The notes beneath the pieces were generated by a model that did not search any database, had not been told where the DNA came from, and saw nothing but the letters and a program-made list of their open reading frames with translations. This document shows, piece by piece, positions 54,408-64,000 of a stretch of DNA of 64,000 nucleotides. Source of the stretch: Octopus sinensis (Eukaryota); the NCBI RefSeq assembly GCF_006345805.1, contig NC_043015.1:17546001-17610000 (forward strand), read 5' to 3'. The translations under genes were made by a program, and so were the position numbers. Within the stretch, counting starts at the first letter, position 1; every line of letters starts with the position of its first letter.

Positions 54408-55241
54408 AGTATGCGTTTTTCAAGTTGACCTTCTGTGTCTGTTTTCCGTTCGTTTGTTTACTTACTATGTTGTTTGGCTTATTAATCAATGGAGCGTAGC
54501 GTACCCTTTTATTCACAGTGAGTTGTTTTTTTTATATTCGTGCAATTTCTATCTATCCTTTCTTCTCCTTTCTCTCTCTCTCTCTCTCGCCCTTCCTCTC
54601 CCTCTCTCTCTCTCTCTCTCTTTCTCCCCTTCCCTCTCTGCCTGCTACAATTTTTCTCTTTCCTACAACTGACACAAGGACCCGAGGTCATCCTTTTCTT
54701 TTTCTCACCAACTTCTCAGGCCTATCGATCGCAACTTCTCTAGTCTCCACTTCAAGATGTTTTGCTGTCTGTTGTCCTTCTGTTCCTTATCCTTTAGGAT
54801 TTCCCTCTTAGCGTTATCCATATTTTCATCTCCGTCTTGCCCTAAGGCTATATTCTGTTTGTGTCCACTAACGGTCTCGTCTTAGATTATTTTTATCCAT
54901 TTTCGTATGTCCATTTCCCTATTGGTTGTTCATCCATTTATTGTTTTTCAGTCTTGTTTTGTTATGTTTTGGTCCCATTCCCAGCAAGTGTCTTGCCAGT
55001 TGACACCAGCGTGGAATCAATATTGTTGGTAATGGCACGACATTGCGTTTGACACACTGACCGATAATTAATGAGGAGTTGGTGACCTACTGTGTTTGTT
55101 TTTCGTTCATCTGTGCAATTAGTATATGGTTTTCAACTTCACCTTCTATGTCTGTTTTCCGTTCGTTTGTTTATTTACTATACGTTTTTTATTTATTAAT
55201 CAATGGAACGCAGTGTACTTTTTTATTCACAATGAGTCGTT
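54408..55241. repeat. Non-coding element with ~125-bp direct terminal repeats (pLTR-like)
   Basis: tagtat...ccttct.tgtctgttttccgttcgtttgttta...ttattcaca.tgagt at 54408-54527 and 55121-55241. Confidence 0.6.
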
Positions 55242-55380
55242 ATATATATGATTAGATATTAGATAGCAAAACGAATGGTATATAGGTGGTAGCCTACTGG
55301 TAAAGCACAGTCACTTTCACAGTGTTCATTATGTATCTGGTTGAGAGATGGAAGGTGAAATGTACGAGAGTTTTTTTTTA

Positions 55381-55535
55381 TCATTACAATTGTTTCGACA
55401 CATCTAGCATTAATCCCTTACGAGATACAACTGGTTGAGGGACACCCGACGGTGTAGATGTACCGCTTCGGATGATAAATAGATACAACTCGTTAAAATA
55501 ACAGTTCCACAATGTATCTTCTCAGTTTTTGTAAA
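55381..55535 (-). ncRNA. Degenerate hammerhead-like motif with a long stem II insertion
   Basis: Minus strand CTGAGAA-gatacat...atgtgtc-GAAA-caattg-TA; stem I does not pair well. Confidence 0.4.
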
Positions 55536-55839
55536 AAGAAAGCAGCAAATTTAAGGATATAACTTCATTTATATAGAAGATCAATAATAAAATAACAGAT
55601 GCAAAAAAAGAAACCAACAGGTATTAAATATATCTGTTAACGGATATGGATGTATGGACGCCCTCGCGTAGCTTGTATGACGCACGCACACTCGCTCATA
55701 CAAACAGCCACGAAGATGTAAGCATACATACACGCGTGGTTTGGTGCACATACGTGCACATAGCAAGTTGAATAGATACTTGGTGTTTATAAGAACGGGA
55801 GCGGGGGTTAAATTCAAATTTAATTAATCCATACCTTAA

Positions 55840-57330
55840 GATGGATTACGTTAACAGTTATTCAAACTCATTCCCATTGCATTGTGCGAAAGTACATTTA
55901 AATGCATGTAAGCATTTTGAGAGTCTTTCAGAAATTCTATTAATGATCTTCTCATTGGTTCACAGAATAGACAAGGATTCCTCGGAGCAGAGTCGGCAAA
56001 AGCAAACCAGTTTGGAAAAGAGGGATCTGCAAGTTTAAGGATCCTTTGAATAGTCAGAGATTTTGAGATGTCCTGAGACAACTTACTGAGAGCCACAAGC
56101 CAAATTTGTAGTTAGCGAAAAGTTTCAGCCAGACTTAGGTTTACATGTTGGTGGAACAGTGTAGTTGACAGAGTCATTAAAGTAAGGAAACATGCCTGGA
56201 AGGATTGGAAAGGTGACAGTAGCAAGGAACTATATCATGCAGCAAGAAGGGAAGCTTGGAGGCAGGTAACATTAATCAGGGGTAAAGCAGAAAGGAAGAA
56301 GTTTGCCAAAGTTTTGTAGCATGATGACCAGCAGCTTGAAATGTTTTGGTTTCCAAGACAGTGTGTCAGGGAAAATTGTGATGTTGTTGGAGAGAAGTGT
56401 GTTTGCATGGATGATGGCTCACTTGCAGTTAATGATTTCCCCAAAGAAAGAGGCTTGGAAGTGTCACTATGAAAGGTTGCTAAAATATCTAGCAGTGTGG
56501 GTTATGGTCTAAGTCACCCATATAATTAATCAGGTTGTATGCAAAGTAGTCATACCCAATGACTGATGTTGCAGTACCATAGTCAACTGCTACAAAGGTA
56601 AAGGTGATACCTTAGAAATTATTACAGAGGTATCAAATTGTTGAACCAGGTGATGAAAGTTAAAGAAAGGAACATAGCTCTAGATGAGATGCAGTTTGAT
56701 TTTGTGACATGGAGAAGCACCACTGAGTAAGGCAGTTGCAGGAGAAGTGCGTAGCCAAAAATAAACCTCTGTACTTGGCTTTTGTTGACACAGAGAAAAG
56801 TCTCTTGCTCCATTATCTGGTGGTCAATGCTAGATGAGTGGTTGGTGAGAGCTGTATAAGCCATGTTCAGAGATGCTTTCAGCAAGGTGGGAGTTGGCAA
56901 CAAGTATAGCAATGAATTCAGTGTACAGGTAGGGGTTCACCAAGGATCGGTCCTCAGCCCCCTCTTGTTCATCATAGTCCTCCAGGCAATAACAGAGGAA
57001 TTTAAAACGTGTTACCCCTGGAAGATCCTTTATACTGATGACCTTGTTCTTATAGCTGAATCACTACCAGAACTGGAGAAGAAATTTCAGGTGTGGAAGC
57101 GAGGTCTTGGATCACAGGGCCTTAGAGTTAATTTAGCAAAATCCAAAGTCTTAATAAGTAGGAAAGCAAACAAATCACAAATCCTTTCAGGGAGATGGCC
57201 CTGCTTGATATGAAGGGTATCCACCGCAGAAACCAAGCCAATTGAGACTCTCCCGCTTACCAATCCCAGTCAAACCGTCTAACTCATGCCAGCATGGAAA
57301 ACAGATGCTAAATGATGATGATGATGACGA
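55840..57330 (+). mobile_element. Degenerate RTE-clade LINE (RT) with deletions and (ATG)n tail
   Basis: GVHQGSVLSPLLFIIVL...LYTDDL...GLRVNLAKSK; tail catgccagcatggaaaacagatgctaaatgatgatg. Confidence 0.85.
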
Positions 57331-57334
57331 TGCA

Positions 57335-57560
57335 TCCTTTATCTTTTATTTTTGACTTCTTTCAGTCATTAGACTGCGGCCATGTGGGGAGCTATCCTGA
57401 AAATATTTTAGTAGAATGAGTTGACTCCACTGCTTATATTCTTTTAAAGCCAGGTACCTATTCTAGCAGTCTCTTGCCAAACTAAGTTACAGAGATGTAA
57501 ACACACTTACATCATTTGTCAAGTGGTGGTGGGGAACAAACACAGGCACACAGAGACATA
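57335..57560 (-). mobile_element. SINE 3' part, diverged
   Basis: Minus strand ...ccccacatggccgcagtctaatgactgaaag; similar to 63040-63200. Confidence 0.7.
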
Positions 57561-57949
57561 TATGTGATGTGTGTGTGTGTGTGTGTATACATATACATAT
57601 GCATATATACATACATACATACATGCATATATATATATATATATATAATATATATATATATATATAATATATATATATATATAAGATCCAAGGATCGAGT
57701 TAGCCTCAAGCAAACCATAGTACATATGAAAAACAACTTTCAGAAACAATAGTGGTTTATTGAAACGGAAGGTTGTGGACTTTTTCTTATCGAAGTACGA
57801 CAAATTGAAAAAATATCTTTTTATATTTCACAGTAGACAACCAGGGTGTCTGTTTCGGTGAGTTGCGATGTATATAGGATGCATATAGGAGTCATCTGGC
57901 AAGAGGGTTGTTCCTCACTAAATAATAATCCGCTCGCAAGTTCATCCGG

Positions 57950-59050
57950 AACACCCCTACAAACATATGCAGCTTCAGATACCCAACCTTCTGTCCTTTA
58001 TATAACCGCTGTCTCTCAAAAAACATAGTTTACAAGTGTACAGTATCACCTGCCAGCTGTAACTACATATGTATCGGCTCATGCAGTACCACCTTCAAAG
58101 CTAGAGTGAGCAACCACTTTTGTTTCAAGTCCCAAACAAAATCCAACAGTACATCGTTATCTCAGCTTATTAATAAACTAATGTTTGATTCAACTCCTTA
58201 CACTCTCAAGTGGTCCATAGTCACCCACACCAAACCATACAGCAGCTATAATAACAAGTGTGCCCTCTGCATAGCCGGGGTCTTAGCTATTTTACAATCC
58301 ACGGATTGTCTTAATGAAAGCAGCAGTATAATTGTTACCTGCAAACATTCGATCACTAAACATATTCTCAAAATACAAATACCAACAACCTCACCCCGCA
58401 TTTTTCTCCTAACCTTCATAAATTTTCTCTCATATACCACTACCGCTATATATTTAACCGACTTTATATCTTCTCTTTAATTCCTTTTTTGCCATTTACA
58501 CACTTCTCTCTGTATCTTTCCTTGCCATATATACAAATCTCTTTTCTCTTATTTCACCTGTCTCCTCCTTCTACCCTCCCCCTTTTAAACTTACAAGTAC
58601 ATATGCCAACATATACCTCTACTACTTCATAGTGTAAACATACTCACCGCACACAATATACACTCCTTAACTGATTGCTAGTAGCCACCACGATTCTTAT
58701 TGGAACTCACACACAAGGTACAGGAAACTTATATATACACTATTCTGCTTAACTATTGGAACTGCAAATACAATATCCTTACGTATCTCACGTTTGTTTT
58801 CATTCCTCCACTTCACACTGTATTTCATATCTCTCTATAATAACTATTACTTAAACATTTTCCCCACACCGTCTCTGATAAAGGGATATATAAAATATCC
58901 CGGAAACAGCTGTAAGATCACTTTATAAATGTTCTAAATCTATTCTCAGCCTAGGATTGTTTATCTCCTTATTCGTATCATTATTGAACCTGGAGCCTAA
59001 GTTACAAAGACGTACAGTAGAGGTATATCTCCGTAACTTATAACTACAGT
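57950..59050 (+). mobile_element. 5'-truncated Naiad-like Penelope element (GIY-YIG plus pLTR)
   Basis: CPLYNRCLSKNIVYKC...IGSCSTTFKARVSNH...STSLS...W.I...PY...CALC; HHR at 58871. Confidence 0.8.
58871..58918 (+). ncRNA. Minimal hammerhead variant
   Basis: gtct-CTGATAA-a-gggatat(ataaa)atatccc-g-GAAA-cagctg-TA-agat; C3:A8 mismatch may inactivate it. Confidence 0.6.
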
Positions 59051-59123
59051 CTGTCCATAGCACTTACTCAGCATTACCTGACACCTTTGGGTCTTCTTGA
59101 CACCAATACCTCTCATACCCTCG

Positions 59124-59204
<81 letters not shown>

Positions 59205-59489
59205 CACGTATGTATGTATGTATATAATTAAGAGAAAAACCTTAATTAAACAATTCAATAATGAAAGATGTTATTCACAGTAATTTCCCTTTGTATAACG
59301 GTCATTTTTCATTGCGTTTTTCCGATGGCCAGATAACTGAAGAGATGGTAGTGTGTATTTCCACCTCGGCATCCGAAACTCAGAGTTTTATCTTGGCTAC
59401 CGAATAAGTGTCACATATTACATTTACAGATAAATTCCTCTATCTACATAATATTGAGGTCTCTTTCTTTTGTTATCTTACCGTTTTTA

Positions 59490-59532
<43 letters not shown>

Positions 59533-60057
59533 TAAATATATTATATATATATTATATATATTATAAATATATTAAATATACTATATATATTATATATATT
59601 ATAAATATACTATATATATATATATATAATATATTATACATATATGTATATAATTTAGAGAAAAACCTCTATTAAACAATTCAATAAAGATGTTATTCAC
59701 ACCAATATAGAAAACATACTATAAAAAAACTTGTAGTATAATCAGATAAAACTAGGAACCCGTATAAACTAGATGTTAAATTATATGATAAGCTATTAGA
59801 GAAAAAAATAAATATAAAATTGTTCCAGAAAATACTCTTTATAATATAAATAAGGACTCTAAATTAATCATGATGAAATATAAGTTAGATAATAAAACTG
59901 AACCTTATGTACCTATGCATCCTAGAATTACTTTAAAAGATCATAAGGATAATTTTTATTCTGACCCAAAAATTAGACTTATTTGTCCATGTAAATCAGA
60001 TCTAGGTAAATTAAGTAAGATCATTTTAGATAAATATATATATATATATATATATAT

Positions 60058-60247
60058 GCGGGTGGCACGTAAAAAGCACCCACTACACTCACGGAGTGGT
60101 TGGCGTTAGGAAGGGCATCCAGCCGTAGAAACACTGCCAGATTTGACTGGGCCTGATGAAGCCTTCTGGCTTCACAGACCCCAGTAGAACCGTCCAACCC
60201 ATGCTAGCATGGAGAACGGACGCTAAATGATGATGATGATGATGATG

Positions 60248-60248
<1 letters not shown>
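60058..60248 (+). mobile_element. SINE or RTE-LINE 3' tail with (ATG)n end
   Basis: ggcgttaggaagggcatccagccgtagaaac...ccatgctagcatggagaacggacgctaaatgatg; same tail as 57213-57330. Confidence 0.8.
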
Positions 60249-60298
<50 letters not shown>

Positions 60299-61375
60299 TT
60301 AAATGAAATTGATTACCTTAAACTTTGGACTAGTACTAATGATACTTTAAAATGGTTTAATAATATTAAAGATAAAAATATATATAAGTTCATTCAAATA
60401 GATATAGATAATTATTATTATTCTATTAATGAGATAGTACTCGATTAGGCCCTAATTTATGCAATGAATAAGATAGGAATGACTTATGATGAAGTTAATG
60501 TTGTTAAAACGGCTAGGAAATCGTTGATTAGATATAATAATAAATTGTGGGCTAGGAAGGATACTAGGAACTATTTTGATATACCTATGGGGGCACCCGA
60601 TTTTGCACAGACAACTGATTTAGTAGATGTTTATTTATTATCGGAACTTCAATTAGAAAAATTAAAGTTGGAAGGTGGTCTATATAGATTGACCTTTTAT
60701 TAATAACTAAGAATTACACCAATAGAACACTAGAATTATATAAGAAGAAACTATGTAGTTTTTTTTTTAAGATATGGATCGAGTATTGCTATATATAATG
60801 AGAACTATAATGTTAATTATTTAGATGCTATTTTAATTTAATAACAGGTAAAACCCAACCATTCCATAAAATTAATGAAAACCTTAGATATATTAATGCT
60901 AATAGTAATCATCCACCCTCAATTAAGAAATCATAGGCAGATAATATAGGTAAAAGAATATCGTTGCTTTCTTCTAATTTTGAGATTTTCCAAAAACATG
61001 CACCTTATTATAATGACGCCCTGCGAGTGGCGGGATATAATAATAATATTAAATTCTTTAATAATTCTAAATATGATTATAATATAAAAGATTATTATAT
61101 AAATGATTCCTATATTTTTTATAAAAATAAACCTAACATTAAAAATTATGATACGTTTTATTTAGGTAATTATGGTATTAATAATATATATTATGATAAT
61201 ACAAAACATAAATATAATAATGGACTAAAAAATAAGATTAATAAGGACGTTCTTTGTAAGCCTAGTACTTATTATATCGGTCTCTTTTACTGAACCGGTA
61301 AGTGACGGGGACGTAAACACACCAGCATCGGTTGTCAAGCGATGTTGGGGGGGACAAACACAGACACGCAAACAT

Positions 61376-61428
<53 letters not shown>

Positions 61429-61511
61429 GGTCCCGGGTTGATTCGGGGTTAACCACAGTAAATAAGGTACTCAATACATAGCAGAGTAAAATTAATTTAT
61501 TATATAGAAGG

Positions 61512-61561
61512 AGCTTCTACAGGACTAGAATGTTTCATTCAAGAGAAATCTTCAGGAAGCT
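61512..61561 (-). ncRNA. Type I hammerhead ribozyme (left half of a back-to-back pair)
   Basis: Reverse complement of the 42589 family motif; 1-nt deletion in stem III. Confidence 0.7.
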
Positions 61562-61608
61562 TCCTGAAGATTTCTCTTGAATGAAACAGTTCTAGTCCTG
61601 TAGAAGCT
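61558..61608 (+). ncRNA. Type I hammerhead ribozyme (right half of a back-to-back pair)
   Basis: Identical to 42589-42639. Confidence 0.82.
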
Positions 61609-61619
61609 CCTTCTATATA

Positions 61620-61672
<53 letters not shown>

Positions 61673-63035
61673 TACGACGGGCTTCTTTCAGTTTCCGTCT
61701 ACCAAATCTACTCACAAGGCTTTGGTCGGCCCGCGGCTATAGTAGAAGACACTTGCCCAAGGTGCCACGCAGTGGAACTGAACCCGGAACCATGTGGTTG
61801 GTAAGCAAGCTACTTACCACACAGCCACTCCTACTACTAATAATGTTAACATTATTTCTTCTTTTAATAAATTTAAGCTGAATATAATTATTCTAATAAT
61901 AATAATAATATAATTAATTGTACGTGTAGAGATAAAACTAAATGTATATTTAATTATAAATGTAATTTCGATGATGTAGTATATATTATATGTGTAGTGA
62001 CTTTCATTGATGATAATTATAGGAATGGTTATAATTTAAATGCAATTTACCTAGGGTCGACTTCTAATAAAATTAAATTACGGGTGGCTCAACACATGAA
62101 TTCTTTTAAGAATAGAAATTTAATTAACTCTACTGACCTTAGTAAATATGTATGGGAACTAAAATCTAAAGATATGAAATACAATTTAAATTGGGAGATA
62201 GTTTGTAAGGCAAATATCGAATAGGTAATTTTTGTTTATTATGTGCTAACGAATTTAAGGAGATATTATTAACTAATAATAAAATTTGATAATTCCGAGA
62301 CGAACGAAAAACTAAATGTAGACATAAATTAAATTACTTATATAATAAGTTTAGCTAATTTGTGTATAAATATAAACCCTGTTTTATTGTTACTAATTGT
62401 TGTAGTTATAATTTGTTGTAGTAAAATGCGTATAAATTAGCACGGGATTATATAATTAGAATAAGTTGAAAATTAGATGTTTATAAAATTAATACATAAT
62501 TAGAATAAGTTGAAAATTAGATGTTTATAAAATTAATTAATTAATTAATGAAAATTTATTAAATTATAAAATGTTAGCTTAATTTATGGTTATTATATTA
62601 TGTTATGTATTTTACGTATTTAGTATTTAAATTATTTAGACTTTACAATTTTCCAGTTAATGGTATATTAAAGTTATTTTTTTCCCTTATTCTTACAGCT
62701 AAAATACATTTGTAACTTTAATAGCTTAAATACATATTTCAATCTATTTATTCTATAAATTTTATTTACGCCATATTTTCATGCGATATATTTCTTATAA
62801 ACGTTTTACGTATTACGTTCAAATTTTTAGTTAACGAAAATCTTTCGATAAGATACGTTATATATTTATTTTAAGAAATATTGTTAAATGTTTTTCGATT
62901 ATTTATAATTAATACACGTATTTTTCTATATTTATTTGATAACTTAGAAGTCAACTCGTGACCGAATAAGAGCACTTCTTAAACACGTTATGCCTTAGCA
63001 AACGTTCTAAGAGTCCAAGATGTCACTAATGCTTA

Positions 63036-63200
63036 ACAGCCGGTGTTGATGTATTTACGTCCCCGTAACATAGCGGTTCAGCAAACATTAACCGATATAA
63101 TAAGTATCTTTAAAATATAAGTACTGGGATCTATTCATTCTACTAAAAATTCTGCATGCCGGTACCCCAGCATGGCTGCAGTTTAATGACTGAAACAAGT
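63036..63200 (+). mobile_element. SINE 3' part
   Basis: acgtccccgtaacatagcggttc...ggtaccccagcatggctgcagtttaatgactgaaacaag. Confidence 0.8.
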
Positions 63201-63224
63201 GACAGGTAATATATATTGGCGAAT

Positions 63225-63380
63225 GTGACAAGGCTTGCCCTTTGAAATACAGATTAAGCTGAGTGTACGGGAGCAACGTGAAATTTAGGGTTTTGCTCAA
63301 GGACACAATACGCTTCGGGGAATCGAACTCACTACTTTACGGTCATGAACCGAATACCTCAACTACTAAGCCATGTGCCC
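63225..63380 (-). mobile_element. tRNA-derived SINE 5' part
   Basis: Box A tggcttagtag and box B gagttcgattcc, then gtgtccttgagcaa. Confidence 0.75.
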
Positions 63381-63389
63381 TGTATATAT

Positions 63390-63668
63390 GCTGTTGTTTG
63401 TTCCTTCTCGAGCCATGCCTGGCTCATAAGGGCCGGTTTCCCGGTTTCTTGGCGTACAGGTTCCCCACCTGGATGGGACGCCGGTCCATTGCAGGTGAGC
63501 TGCATGATGCAGGAGAAAAGAGTGAGAGAAAGTTGTGGCGAAAGAGTCAGCAGAAGTTTCGCCATTACCTTCTGCCGGAGCCGCGTGGAGCTTAGATTCT
63601 GAGATTCGAACCCGCGATCCCTCGACCGCGAGTCCGCTGCTCTAACTACCAGGCCATGTGCCTCCACC
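63390..63668 (-). mobile_element. tRNA(Arg)-derived SINE
   Basis: ggaggcacatggcctggtagttagagcagcggactcgcggtcg...gggttcgaatc head; body cctgcaatggaccggcgtcccatccagg; (AAC) tail. Confidence 0.82.
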
Positions 63669-63703
63669 TGTATATATGTGTGTGTGTATGTGCGTGTGTG
63701 TGA

Positions 63704-63756
<53 letters not shown>

Positions 63757-63761
<5 letters not shown>

Positions 63762-64000
63762 GGTGACCCCCTTCGTTCAGACACTGACCATGGGTTTGCA
63801 CCTAGAGAGTTACCTTCTGAGGCACAAGTCTGGGCAAGGTTGTTTTATGGAAGACCAGCAGTCGCCCATGCATACCGGCCTCCCCTCTCCACGCCACCAG
63901 TGTTATCCAAGGGAAAGGCAACGGCCGATACAGCTTGGCACCTGTGACGTCGCAACTCATTTCTACAGCTGAGTGAACTGGAACAACGTGAAATAAAGAC
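63757..64000 (-). mobile_element. SINE body/3' part (head lies beyond the window)
   Basis: Minus strand tttcacgttgttccagttcactcagctgtagaaatgagt shares its start with the 63225 SINE core. Confidence 0.6.

Larger units (their letters stand above)
61261..61832 (-). mobile_element. tRNA-derived SINE with internal microsatellite, split by an HHR palindrome insertion
   Basis: Head ggagtggctgtgtggtaag...ccgggttcagttcc..caccttgggcaagtg (61832-61674); body ccccccaacatcgcttgacaaccgatgctggtg (61390-61261). Confidence 0.85.
59700..63000 (+). mobile_element. Degenerate AT-rich Naiad-like Penelope element, interrupted by SINEs
   Basis: PRITLKDHKDNF..PKIRLICPCKSDLGKLSK, WTSTNDTLKWF, FDIPMGAPD, GGLYR, SNHPP, CTCRDKTKC, YLGSTSN...LSKYVWELK. 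Confidence 0.85.

Noticed and set aside
60154-60180. CTGATGA followed by a hairpin (agcc/ggct) as a hammerhead
   Set aside because: No GAAA after the stem and no stem I/III
62930-63005. Hammerhead at the 3' end of the Naiad-like element
   Set aside because: TTGATAA and a stem (agaagt/acttct) are present, but GAAA and stem I are not recoverable

Overview
Eukaryotic, AT-rich, microsatellite-saturated genomic DNA. It is most likely octopus/cephalopod, inferred from the SINE families and the (TA)n/(CA)n/(TACA)n landscape. There is a 100-N scaffold gap at 14173-14272. I cannot support any intact host protein-coding gene, and most ORFs in the track are translations of microsatellites. The window is a nested stack of decayed transposons: many Penelope-like elements (PLEs, Neptune-like and Naiad-like), RTE, CR1-group and L1/Tx1 LINE fragments, three Ty3/gypsy remnants (one with both LTRs and a TSD), a probable solo LTR, two Tc1/mariner elements and tRNA-derived SINEs. 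The main hidden signal is RNA-structural. About 12 recognisable minimal type I hammerhead ribozymes (HHRs), plus about 4 degenerate or partial ones, sit in PLE pseudo-LTRs from at least 6 families. One of them defines a non-coding 360-nt tandem retrozyme-like element (27252-28070). A head-to-head fold-back architecture with outward-facing ribozymes, inserted in (TA)n, recurs from 130 bp to 5.3 kb. All calls are by eye; no database search or folding was run.
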